Origin: Podarcis bocagei
Lineage: Eukaryota
Direction: 5' to 3' (one strand)
Assembly (NCBI GenBank): GCA_964188305.1
Contig: OZ076889.1
Length of the DNA stretch: 64,000 bases
In this document: in pieces, positions 1-11,755 of the stretch
How the letters are laid out: each line of letters starts with the position of its first letter
How positions within the stretch are numbered: the first letter of the stretch is position 1
The notes under the pieces: generated by a model
What the model saw: only the letters and a program-made list of their open reading frames with translations
Told to the model about the DNA's origin: nothing
Databases searched by the model: none
Program-made: the position numbers and the translations under genes

Positions 1-177
1 TTGATGCTCTGCATGGACTGCTCCTCTAAGACAATGAGCAGCCGCCTTCTGAAAAGAAGCCAGAGCAGCCAGTGCTCGGATGGCAGTGAAGAAGCCATCA
101 TGAAGAGCATCCAAAATTACTACCAAGCAATGGAGCCTGTGATCACCTATTATGAAAACAAAATTCCATTGTTTAAG
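1..177 (+). CDS. AK5: Adenylate kinase 5, penultimate coding exon (5' part outside window)
   Basis: Frame 1 reads LMLCMDCSSKTMSSRLLKRSQ...YYQAMEPVITYYENKIPLFK, matching the AK5 second kinase domain (ICMDCS..TM..RLL.R...YY....PVI.YYE.K). Donor AAG|GTAAAC at 177/178. Synteny with ZZZ3 and USP33. Confidence 0.93.
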
Positions 178-408
178 GTAAACCGGCTAGGCTTTGGAAC
201 TGGACTATGGTACCTTCTTCTTCTCAATACATCCAAATGGCTAAGAGCTAATTTACATGTGCTGTAAGCTTTCCAAGAGGCCATAATCCTCTCCTAGGTT
301 TGCACCAGGGCACATGCACCAACCACAATGTTCAGTTTGAATATTGGTTTGGCACTTTGGAAAACAGTTTTGTCATGGTCCAAAGCATTTTGGAGGCTGC
401 CTGGTTCC

Positions 409-545
409 TAAGAACATATGAAGAACCCAGTGGGATCAGGCCAAAGGCCCATCTTGTTCTTACATTGGCGAGCCAGATGCCTATGGGAAGCTCACAAGCA
501 TCTTCCTCATTTGTGATTTCCAGCCACTGGGATCCGGAGGCATAA
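409..545 (-). mobile_element. Degenerate squamate SINE fragment
   Basis: taagaacat...ggatcaggccaaaggcccatct...ccagatgcctatgggaagctcacaagc resembles the reverse complement of a common squamate SINE 3' part. Recognised by eye; boundaries approximate. Confidence 0.5.
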
Positions 546-1266
546 GTGAGTCCCCTTCACTACTAGAAAATGAGGAAATAGCTGTAACTTTTTTTCTTTT
601 ATGACAGAAGTGGGTAACATTTGCAAGCATGCTGGCCCACCAACTTAGAAGCAACTAGGTCTCAGGAATTTTGTGTTGGGCACTTTAGAAATAAGGGTGG
701 TTGTTGTGTGTTTTTTAAGGAAACATCTTGTTTCTTTTTGGCAGCTCCCAACCTCTAGTATAGGGCAAGGCAGTCGCTTAGGTAACTTGGTTCCAAGTTG
801 TGCATAGCTTTAAGAAAATCTTGAAAATGGCTCTGTGGCCTGTTAAATAGCTCAGTACTTAATATACTCAACTGCACTGTTTAACTAAAGCACTGAATAA
901 TGCCCTATTGCAGGACTATTCAAAAAGGTCACGCACACACATTCTGTCCTGAAATGAATTTCATAAAACTTAACCAAAAATAAAAACCAGGAAAGCAAGC
1001 TTTATTTTCTAGCCCACAGGGCATCTCGCGGCTGCTGAGCATGCTCATTCCTCTTCAGGCTGTTTTGTTTTTGCCCTTAGGATTTTTGTACTTCAACAGA
1101 ACTGAAGGTTATCTCAAGCATGGTGCTGCTTCTCAGCAGCATTTTGACTAATCCTGTAGGCACTCACCTCCTGAATTTGCATCGGAGGGAATAATTATAG
1201 AATACGAGAATGGTTTCCTTTTTGAGGTTCAACTATCTGATGCATAAAATCTCCTTTTTTTAACAG

Positions 1267-1368
1267 ATAAATGCAGAAGGGACACCAGAAGAGGTTTTCC
1301 TTGAAGCATGTGCTTCTGTCGATGCTTTTCTGAAAAAGGAAGGAACAGCATCATCTCTTTCCGTGTAA
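1267..1368 (+). CDS. AK5: Adenylate kinase 5, last coding exon
   Basis: Acceptor ctttttttaacag|ATA, phase 0. Reads INAEGTPEEVFLEACASVDAFLKKEGTASSLSV*, matching AK5 INAEGTPEDVF. TAA at 1366-1368. Absent from the ORF track because it is short. Confidence 0.93.
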   Translation: MNAEGTPEEVFLEACASVDAFLKKEGTASSLSV

Positions 1369-4300
1369 CTGCAACGCTTTCTATCTCATACGCACAGTCG
1401 GTGGTCATCAAAAATGCTGTCTAAAGCCACAGCTGCTGCCTTGAAAGATTGTAAACTTTGTAAAAAAAATTCAAATCTGTATAACCCATACAGTACAGTA
1501 ACATTCAAGTACTGTATGTTGTCTATCATACGGTTTGCACTTTGCAGGTTAAAAAGCAGCATGGTAAACAACAACTCTTAATTCCTAGAAATCATGTCTT
1601 GCATTTCACTATTACCTGGTATACTATACAGCATCCGAGTTTCCAGTTAACTGACAGTCAGCAGAACTGACAGAAATGTTTTGTTTCTGTAAATGAACAG
1701 CTCAATTCTGAGACTATTTAAGCTTGCTTTTTTTTTCTTATAATGCTTGAAAAAATCTGTTTTCTGACATTTTATGTTACTGGCGGAACATGCCTACAGT
1801 TGAGTTGCAGTCATTAACACAAAGCAGCAGAAGTTAAGAAATCTTCTGGAAAAGTGGTATCTTATTATACAATGTAGTAAGTAAAATGTTAAGCAGTTAA
1901 CAAATATGATTATGGGATCAGCTGCTGTGTCAACACCAAAATGGGTACAAACAGCCTATGTACTTAAATGTGATAATGTAAAGATATTGCGGTCTGGTTA
2001 AAACAACAACAAACCAGTGCCAAATATTGCTGGTGCACTTAATGTATAAGCACTTACAGTATTTGAGTGTCAAAATACATATGTTAAGATAGCTAACATG
2101 CACCCTTTAAAGAATATGGGGGCATCACATCAGTGCATGTTGTTTTCTGTTGTCTGACAAGTATTTCAACTGTAAATCTCAATTTCAGGTCTTTCATTGC
2201 CTGAGGAACATGTGAAAGAGATGTGTTTTACTCAGCCTGTGTTTATATATCGGCAAGCACACTCTTTGCACAAAACACAATGGGTTGAGCCAAAGAAGAC
2301 TAGGCAGAATGCCACTGATGCAGTGGAGCTTCCCTGGCTCCCCCTCCTCACTAAAAACCCCTGCACACCCTAAAATTGACTCCTGGTACAGGATGAGACA
2401 TAGGGGCTCAGGGAAATTAGAGGATGTTGGGAGGGGTGCCTTGCATAAGTAGAAGTACTTTTCCACTCAAGTCAAGGTATCCCTGGACACAAGTAAAATT
2501 GATTTCACAAATAAGTAAAAATGCTGAGATTTTCTGAACAAGATAAAAACATATTTGATTTCTTCAGAATTGGCTCCTACCTTCTCCTGGACCATCTACT
2601 ATTTCTTCTTGCATGATTCATCTCTGTCAACAGTTGCATTTTGAAGCAGATTTGTATTTTTCAAGCTACTTTTCTTGTACTGAAGATGTAAAACAAATAA
2701 AATGTATGGACAAACGCTAGGAGTAATAATTTTTACTTTGCACTTTTGGTTTCATTAAACAAAAGCAACCATCCAGAGAGGGTTTTAAATATTACTTCAT
2801 TATCTGCAGATCCTTCTGCATTTTTCAACTTGCTTTAAATTTGCACAATAAACAGCTTGCTACTCTCTGAACTATCAAGTCCACTTTTCTTTTCCCTGCA
2901 ACTGTGGATGTTTACAAATGTTTCCGGAATTTTTATTAATGCAATATTATGGCAACTGCTGTGGGAACAAGTCAGGCATGTGGGAGCAGTTTGTCAGGAC
3001 ATATAAGGAAGCACAGCACTAACCTTCATCGCAAATTTGAAGAAACTCACGTAAAACATTGATTTGCACATTGATCTCCGCTACTTATCAAAGTTTGGGG
3101 AAATGACCACAAGGTTTTAAAATTCCAAAATAGGCCACCCTTATCTTGGTTTCATTTTATCTTTCATAAACTTTCAATGTACACAAAGTTTGTTACTTCT
3201 GGATTATCAGGAAAAATAGTCAGAAACTTAGCCCCCCACCCCCCAAAAAAGCTAATTTTAAAATCTATCAAGATCATCCAAACAAACTTAGACGAAGGTT
3301 AACTACCTATTCTATATGGCTTTGATGGGTATGCTGCTGGCTTAGACTTTCTGTAATATGCAATTTGAGCATGTACTCAGGCTTCTTAGAAAACGGGTGA
3401 TGTAACAAATAAACCAATTATTTAATTAAAACAAAAGATCAACTAAGAGATTTAGTTGTGTTTCGCCTATTAGTTTTCCCCAGCTGTGTTTGGCACAAAT
3501 GGAATCCCAAAGGAAGTGTATTAGGATGGGTCCAACATCAAATTGGCTGCCTTGCTTACAGAACACCTCAGTGTGGTGGCTTACAGAACCAATCCCTTTT
3601 CTGAATGTCATGGCTGGTATGGCAACGGATTGCCCCCACATCACAAACTTCGAATGTTGCAGTGTAAAAGAATTATCAAGGCTGATGGGTTACACCATTT
3701 GCATATGTAAAAAGGACATAATTTATATTTGCATAATTAGTTATTTGTCTTTCCCAAAGCAATTTGCCTTTGCTTTTGTTAAAGAGAAAAGTGAAATACA
3801 TCAGGTGTATTCTTTTCCGTTATATATATTTTGGTTTATTAAATTTCTCAAAGAATGAGATATGCTTACAGACGATGTGTTATACTGCTCAGTCATTAGA
3901 AACGGTACTGCATCATCTACTCAATATATTAAAAAAATGCTCAAGCTCCTCTAACAAAGAGTGATTACACCTAACAAACACTGTGAAAATTAACACTGTG
4001 AATAAACAAATCAAAACTGCTATCAAATGCACCAGCCAATTCTTTGTTAGTTATTTACTGCCATATTTAAGTTAAACATGTACTCGAAGTCATTCTGAAA
4101 ATTCAAGTTTTTTTTTAAGCAAGTGGAAATCTATTACAGTTAAAATAATCAATATTTCTGAATCACAAGTTATACATGTCAAAATGATATATTAGCTAAA
4201 AATATGTAACAAATATTACAAAGCTTTTTCGATCATTGCTATATTTAGGCTAATAAAGCGTACCAAAATGCTTTTCCTTTTTACTCTGCAATTATAATAC

Positions 4301-4776
4301 TGGGGGGAACGACTGCATCATAGCCATAGAGAAGTTACATGGAAATATTAGTTATTTGCTTGATACCTTCTCCCATGTAGTCAATCCAATCCAGTGGTTT
4401 CTTAAAAACACGGTAATTCTGACATGCACCCCAATGCGCTGCTCCATTCATTTTAAAAGTATACAGCTGTGCATGAGCATTAACACATGTGCAAACCTAC
4501 ATCCTCCATCAAAGTGAATAGAGTAGCACATGCGCAAAAGGTCTATCTGCAAGTGGGAACAAACACGGCTCAGAACTGGGGTGTGCCAGGATCAGGGTAT
4601 TTGTGCATCATCTTTGAAGAGGCTGAGTAAATAGCTGGGCAAAGGCTACCAGGACACACTGAGCCCCTTAAGAGGATCAGATGTCCCTTGAGTTTAAGAG
4701 CTAAATTATATTTTCAATTCTGAATGTTGGTTCAATAGTCAAACCTCAAAAAAAAGTCACAGTAAGCATTCTATAT

Positions 4777-5004
4777 NNNNNNNNNNNNNNNNNNNNNNNN
4801 NNNNNNNNNNNNNNNNNNNNNNNNNNNNNNNNNNNNNNNNNNNNNNNNNNNNNNNNNNNNNNNNNNNNNNNNNNNNNNNNNNNNNNNNNNNNNNNNNNNN
4901 NNNNNNNNNNNNNNNNNNNNNNNNNNNNNNNNNNNNNNNNNNNNNNNNNNNNNNNNNNNNNNNNNNNNNNNNNNNNNNNNNNNNNNNNNNNNNNNNNNNN
5001 NNNN
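4777..5004. other. Assembly gap (228 N)
   Basis: Run of N between the AK5 and ZZZ3 stop codons. Confidence 1.
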
Positions 5005-5967
5005 TGTGCATACTACAAAAGAGGAAAATTATTCCCATATATGATTTATATTAGGCAGTTTTCTTTGATGAGTTGCATTAACAACTCCAAATACAGAGGC
5101 AGAAGGCTGTGTATTTTACTTTATAAGAGTTAATGTTGGGTATTAGAGACTTTTACACAGTTACTACCACTGGCACTTTTCACCATATTTTTGTACACAT
5201 CACATGGTCATTTTATATAACATTACATTTAAAAATATATTTGCGTGACAATTTTATAATATTCACACACCATGAGCTGGTTAAGGAAGCAGTGCCACTG
5301 TTGCCTCCTGTAGTGCTTCACTGTTGGTAAATAAAATTTTGTTGTGGTAAAAAGAAAAAAAGAAAATGAAAGTAAAGAAACATCAACTTGATTAAGCAGC
5401 TCCAATTTTATAAAGGCCTATTACCGACCATCACAGAGACAGTGATTGTTTTAAGAATACGTTCTAGATGCAAACACTGTCTTAGGTTAAAACTCTGCCT
5501 AAAGAAGTCAGTTTTCTGTGCTGCAAACTATTTTCACAACAAAACTGCAAACTACTTAACTGTTTTTTAATGTACGCACTTCATCATCTCTGCATCTCCT
5601 AGTAGTCAAGTTCTTTGGAAATGACTAACCTTAATGTGTGCTTTCGTTTCCGGCCACACTTTTGCAACTCCTCTCTTCAGATTAAACCAACTTACACCCC
5701 CCACCCCCCCAAACTAACGCAGTGAAAAGAAAATCTCCCCCAAAAGCTTTCCGCACACTAGGAATGTTCAACCTCTGTTCAGTTATCTAGTATCATGACA
5801 GGTCAGAGAGCAGGATTTTGATGAGGGCACTCGGGACGCTCTCATGCTGAGGATGACATTCCTGGGAAAGCAAACGTCTTCCCAAGGTGGACACAGAATC
5901 GCCAACAGTGCCACGGTTGGTTTTCAGAGAGGATACTAAGCTTCAGGTTGCAGATTTGCTTTCCATG

Positions 5968-6112
5968 TCATCTATTTGCAGGAAAGTAGTTGGGGTCAAG
6001 GTAATTATAAGTGGGGCCTTGGGACATACAGTAGTCTCTATCTAAGAACATTTCTGCTCTGTACATAGGCTCCAATCGGTGACTTTCCTTGTGAATGTCT
6101 GTTTCATGCAGA
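5968..6112 (-). CDS. ZZZ3: ZZZ3 coding exon 11 (last)
   Basis: Acceptor tctttcag|T. Reads (C)[47 protein letters not shown], the typical ZZZ3 C-terminus. 145 nt. Confidence 0.97.
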
Positions 6113-6451
6113 CTGAAAGAAAAGGAAGAAGCATTATTTGATAAGTATGAAATTCCGCACAAAGAAATCCATGGGTGTATTCCATTTGTCAAAAATTCTC
6201 ACACTAAACATTTGTCAAAAATGCCCTACAAAATATCTTAATTATATCCTATGCATGCAATATTTTATCCTCAGCGAATTTATATAACTTTCTGGTACGC
6301 ATTTCATATCATGATTTAAATTTGGGGAGGGGGTAGAAATTACATGTGATTTTAGTCCTCTACACAGAGACAAGACCCACTGAGACAAGTATGCATTGGA
6401 TTTCCGCTTTGAGCTTATTGTTAGTAATTGTCATAGATGCATGTTGCTTAC

Positions 6452-6552
6452 CAGTCAGAACAAGAATCACAGAAATCCAAAGACATTTCTGGAGGGCAGT
6501 CTCGGCAGTGCCACCGAATGCCTTGAATGGGATCGATTCCACAGTTATCGCA
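6452..6552 (-). CDS. ZZZ3: ZZZ3 coding exon 10 (ZZ-type zinc finger)
   Basis: ttttcag|TGC...GAC TG|gtaagc. Reads [33 protein letters not shown](C). 101 nt. Confidence 0.97.
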
Positions 6553-6750
6553 CTGAAAACAGATTCAGGAGAGAACACTCAGGAAAACCATCTCCAAAAG
6601 CAATTTCCAAAAATGTAAGTCTCTACAGATTACAGAGGGCATCAAAAGTTGTGATTTAAGGAATATTTTCTCACCCTCAATACTGAAAGAACACATAGGA
6701 GAATATAACTGGCTGAGAGAGAGAGGAAATAAGTTGCTGTGCCTAAGAGC

Positions 6751-7058
6751 CAGGGCTGTAGCGTGGGGGGGGGGGGTTGCCAGGGAGTCCGTGAGCACAA
6801 TTTCTGAGGCGGCATGAACCAGGCGTGACCATGCAGGCACCCCCAGCACAGCCCAACCCAGTGCCCTTCTCTGCCCACCAAGGCCACATCGGCTGGCAGG
6901 GCTCCCCCCGCACGGGCGGGCAGGTGACTCAGTGCAGCCCTGCTTTGCTCCAGTGGGGGGGGGGGTGTCGCTCTGGCAGTGTGGGCAAGGCTGGCACACA
7001 CACACCACAACCTGGCGTGCACCCACCTTGGGTACCCGCAGTCGACGCTAAACTGCTG
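6751..7058. mobile_element. hAT-type MITE, GC-rich
   Basis: Perfect 8-bp TSD CTAAGAGC at 6743-6750 and 7059-7066. Imperfect termini CAGGGCTGTAGCGT / ACGCTAAACTGCTG. Confidence 0.75.
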
Positions 7059-7538
7059 CTAAGAGCTAGTTTACATCATACACAGTTTTGTCTAACATCT
7101 CCCCTTTCAGAATTATGAGCTAGGTTGCAATGCAACTACTATAGTTATTGGTAACTAGCTCTACAAAAAGCTCAGGATCACCTACGAGTGTCATTGTTTC
7201 ATCTCTGACAATGTTCAAGGGGGAAAACTTTTTTGGAAATGTCACTACTAGTGCAATCTTACTTAAGATTAAATAATAGTAATAATAATGAAATTTATTA
7301 CCTACCCCAGCAGTTCCCGGGGCAGCTTACAACAGTCTTAGGTGCAATATAACCAGTTTCTAACATGAAGGCTAGGTCCTGAAAACAGCTATAATTTTTC
7401 TCAATCTCTCTTTAGTTTTACTCATCTTGCATGGACCACTCTAAAACACTACGCTTGTTCTAATCCAATGACCCTGCCACCCAAGTTGACTAAAGGAGTG
7501 GCAGGAAAGCTCCCACTTAACCCTCCAGCTTTACTAAC

Positions 7539-7673
7539 CTTAAAGCCTATGTGTTGCACAAAACCACTTTCGGCACGCATGTGCTGCAGTTTCTGCTTCT
7601 TCAGCTTTTTTAGCTCAAGCAGCTCTTTGTATTCTGGTAATTCTCGATATGCTACAGGGATACTTTCTTCATC
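7539..7673 (-). CDS. ZZZ3: ZZZ3 coding exon 9
   Basis: aacag|GAT...AAG|gttagt. Reads [45 protein letters not shown]. 135 nt. Confidence 0.96.
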
Positions 7674-8886
7674 CTGTTAAAGAGGAGGGAGGGAGGGGGG
7701 GAGAGAATGAATGATATTAAGAATCCAAACCGTTTAAGCAGATCCACATATGCTAAAGGAAAATAGTATTTTTGTTATTTTTTGCTCTCTAAGACAAAAT
7801 TTAAGAATAGAAATGTTAGAATGGCTTCATTACCGAAAAGACATTTCCCCCTCTCCCTCTTAAAAATTAACATGAGCGTGATTTTTAAGTTATCAGATTC
7901 ATTCATCAGCTCTAAAAACCCTTTAATAGCTAGGAATAGGAGAGAAATGTGGCTGGAAAGCTTTGAAGAACTATTGAGACAGGAAGAAACAGAATGTCCC
8001 CTGAAGGCAGAGATGCAACCAAGACAGAATGAAAAATTCTAATAGGGCATTGCATGACTTCTAATGTAATCTTTGAAATGTGATATAGAACAGATTTGTT
8101 TTCACTAAAGATAAACCTAGCAAACAAAATCCTTCAATGCAGTTTTACAATGTGAGGTGCAGAATAGGAGAAGGTTTATGAGATTTATTTTTACTCTGAT
8201 TTTTGCCTTTAAAAGCCCTCAAGATGTCTCATAAAGCAAAATCACATTACACTTGGATTTGTGTGGCTTTTTTCAGCCTCCTGTTCTATGTCCCCTTCTC
8301 AGGGTAGGCAGGACAATCTCTGACCAAAGCTGCCTATTACAAAATAAAAAGTAGTCCAGGATGTACAAATGCATGGGAAGTAAGAACAGTGGTAGAAGAA
8401 AAGAGGAAGAAGCAGAAAAGTCATGTTCTGAAAAAAGCCACCTGTCTTGCTGAGAGAGCCCTGAGAAACAACACACTTTGTTCTCCCCGATGGCAGAGTT
8501 CAATGGAGCTATCTCCCAAGAAAGTGCAGAGAGGATCACAGCCTTGGAGATGCTGTGGAAGGTACGTGCAGGAGACGCTACCTGTGAGGGAAGTGGAAGG
8601 CCTCCTCTGGCTCCTCACAAGGGTGGGGTAAAGCACAAGGGATGGACTAAAGTGTCCCTAGGACTACAGCAATGGCCTAGTTCTCTTTTTTCTTATAGAA
8701 GCAGAACATCCAGACAGAAAATAAACTAATGCCATGAATGAAAACAATGTGTCTGGTCGAGCTGGAAAGACTGCACCTAACCATTTCCAAGCTGAGAAGT
8801 TGTGGAAGATCAATTTCTTTATCTGACTACCGCTTACACTTGCATGCCACAGAATCACTGTAGGCAATCCTCACAGTAAAATCAAT

Positions 8887-9056
8887 ATAAAAAAATTCCT
8901 TCCAGTAGCACCTTAAAGACCAACTAAGTTAGTTCTTGGTATGAGCTTTGCACACGAAAGCTCATACCAAGAACTAACTTAGTTGGTCTTTAAGGTGCTA
9001 CTGGAAGGAATTTTTTTATTTTGACTATGGCAGACCAACACAGCTACCTATCTGTA
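8887..9056. mobile_element. Penelope-like retroelement terminal remnant forming an inverted repeat
   Basis: 63-bp perfect inverted arms (8887-8949 / 8957-9019). 12-bp direct repeat AGTAAAATCAAT at 8875-8886 and 9057-9068. The motifs gaaagctcatac and ggtctttaaggtgctactgga resemble squamate Penelope termini (family call from recall). Confidence 0.7.
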
Positions 9057-9826
9057 AGTAAAATCAATGTCATCTTATAATTATAGAGCTGTATCTGAGG
9101 GATGTGAATTCAAAGCTCTAGCGCTGAGTTATCCTGCTTACCAACCACAATGAATTCTCTGGAAATCATTCATTTGGCAAGCGTTCCCAAAATGAGTACA
9201 ATTTCTAATGATTTCTATGGGAACGTTTCTAATCTGTGATTTATCTGATCTCTCTCCCATTCCCTCCATAGTTTCTTCCTGAAATGGCTGCAGCCAACCA
9301 GCAAGAGAGAGACAAAAGGAAAACTGGTTTGTCCACTCCCTCCTGCTCCCTGATTTATCTGAACTCTCTCCCCACTTCCTCCCTGCATGGTTTCTTCCCA
9401 AAGCAAGTAAGGAAGTAGGCAAACTCCAGCTGTCTGGATATCTGAATCTGTAGTGTGTATAGCAAGGTTTGGGCATAATTCTTTATGTAATTCTTTATGT
9501 AATAACTGAATTTTCACATAGCGGGTGGGCAGACAGCAGGACCTGCATGTACAAAGAAGATCTGTCCTTGTCTGTTGAATAATAATAATCACATAAGAAA
9601 TGTACCAAGATGCTGAAGATTAAAGCAGAAGTATTTTCAGCTCTCACATGGGGGTTTGGAAAGGAAAGGAAAAATAAACAGATACACTTTTACCCAACAC
9701 TTTTGGCACCGAAAACCTGTTCCTATTATATTGAAGATTTTGCTTTACTCAACACAGGCATTCCTTGAGCTGTCTTAACTCTCAGCACCTTCATGCATAA
9801 TCATCTACTTAGAATAAAAAATATAC

Positions 9827-9979
9827 CGATGATTCCTCCTCTGCTGCATTGCCTAAATGACTATGAAAACTTGATCTGTCATCATCTTCGTCCATATACA
9901 CGGGAGGTTCATGGGATGTCATGAAAGTTGAGGGCTTGAAGAGATGTTTATTCAGAGGATGTTGCCTTCTACTGGAGGA
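9827..9979 (-). CDS. ZZZ3: ZZZ3 coding exon 8
   Basis: ttctag|TCC...TCG|gtatat. Reads [51 protein letters not shown]. 153 nt. Confidence 0.95.
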
Positions 9980-11507
9980 CTAGAACAGAAGAACACACCA
10001 TCTATGAAATGGTATTAAGAAACCACCATCGTAACATTTTAACAGTATCCAATGTGTTCTCACCATCGGTTTGGGAAGCTGTATACACACAGCATTAGCC
10101 ACAATCCATATCTATCATGTAGTTTCTTGTTAAATATTGCATTTTGATGCGCTTCCCCCAAACCAGCTTCAACATGAATTGAATACTCATCAGGAAAAGG
10201 CATCCTCGCCGTGTCTTGGCCCACTTCTGTGGACATTCACAGGCAATTTAGATACACATCAAACTGCTGACGAGTACAACAAACAAATGCTGTTTGAAAT
10301 GCAGTGAAAAAGAACCACCACATTACTTCTAATTTTCATTATAAAGACATTATTACAACATATGGTCAAAACACTGATGAATTCTGAAAACAAGAAATAG
10401 TTTTGCCAAAAACTGGCTGAAAATCTGATTAAGTAATTAAGTGGAACACTCCCGCTTCCCTATTTACAAAATCCCACAAATAAAACGATTTGTGTAAGTG
10501 ATCAACAAGGCTCTTCAGAACCAATGCAAACAGGGTGCTTTAAACCAAAACGTTTAATAACCGGTTTAAAAACAGAATTTAAGTAACGAAGAAGGGAAAA
10601 TGCCACTGTGTAGCACCCAAAGCTCCACAAATCCACAGAAGGAAGAGCCTCTCAGTCATACTAGCCTAGAGGTGAGGGGGTGAGGAAAAGGCCTCCACCT
10701 TCTATCCTGGCTGGGCATGGTATGAAACTGTGGATCTGCTGCTCTGATATTCCACTGAATGTCCACTTTAAACCATTTGTTGGATATTTATGGTAGCAGA
10801 CAGGTTGGTGATCATCAGATTTTGGGAAGGGATTGAAAGGAAAAGCCAAATAGAGTTAAGCTAAAAACAGCAAGGCGGGAAAGAAAAAAATGCCATGGAT
10901 AAATTTGTGTTGGAATGGTACAGTTTTATTACACACATGAACAAGACATACAACAGTGTGCTTTAAACCATTATCTCTTAAACAAACTATGGTTTAATGT
11001 GAATACACAACGTACTGGTGACACACTGCTGAAAATTTCCCAGTCCTCTGCTTCTATACCACTAGGGAATAAGTCAGTCTGGAAAATTAATCCCCCCAGA
11101 TTAACTCCGAAAATTCCCTGGTTCTATTTGTCTTCAATTTGGTGGGTTTCTTGCCCCAGCACACCTCTATGTCTGTAAATTTCAGTCTAATTGTCCACAA
11201 AGCACTAGGTAAGATGAAGTGATTCCTTTTTTAAGCCATCTGCTACAATTGTAACGGCTGACATTGTGCGATACCTCTGAAGGTATCCTTCTGAAATTTG
11301 GCATGATTCATCCTTAAAAAAGGGGGGGGGGTCTTGTCTCCAAATTGCATCTAATCCCCCCCTCAAAAAAAAGAGTTATTGATATTTGGGGTTTTGTTTT
11401 TTAATCATAATAAAATGGTGTCCAGCACAAAAGCCCCTAGATCAGTCTGAAATTTGGCATCTTTGACCTCTATGGAGAGGCTACTCTTTCTGAAAATTTC
11501 TTCCAAA

Positions 11508-11566
11508 GCAAGCAAGCAAACAAACAAGCAAACAAGCAAACAAACAAACAAACAAACAAACAAACA
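11508..11566. repeat. (CAAA/CAAG)n tetranucleotide microsatellite
   Basis: gcaagcaagcaaacaaacaagcaaacaagcaaacaaacaaac... Confidence 0.9.
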
Positions 11567-11659
11567 AGTAAAATGTGCTGATAAAGCACCATTCATGTTT
11601 TCCACAAATGTATTTTTATCTAAACGCCAGAAACAGATGTGAAATATTCTAGCAATTAC

Positions 11660-11755
11660 CTTTTTGGAGTAAAAATACAAGTTTGGAGTTCTGCCTGGAA
11701 CTGGAATACCAGCCTTAGTCAGTTTTATAAAATACTTTTGCACTCTGCTGGCAAC
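11660..11755 (-). CDS. ZZZ3: ZZZ3 coding exon 7 (end of SANT/Myb-like domain)
   Basis: ttcag|GTT...AAG|gtaatt. Reads [32 protein letters not shown]. 96 nt. Confidence 0.97.

Noticed and set aside
4757-5038. 93-aa ORF
   Set aside because: Artefact of translating through the N gap.
8940-8970. Active hammerhead ribozyme
   Set aside because: Only the GAAA half is present. There is no CUGANGA core in this copy.
10185-10265. C/D-box snoRNA or hammerhead on the minus strand (TGATGT...CTGATGAG)
   Set aside because: The C box is non-canonical, there is no convincing terminal stem, and no GAAA follows a stem II. An Rfam/Infernal search would be needed to exclude it fully.
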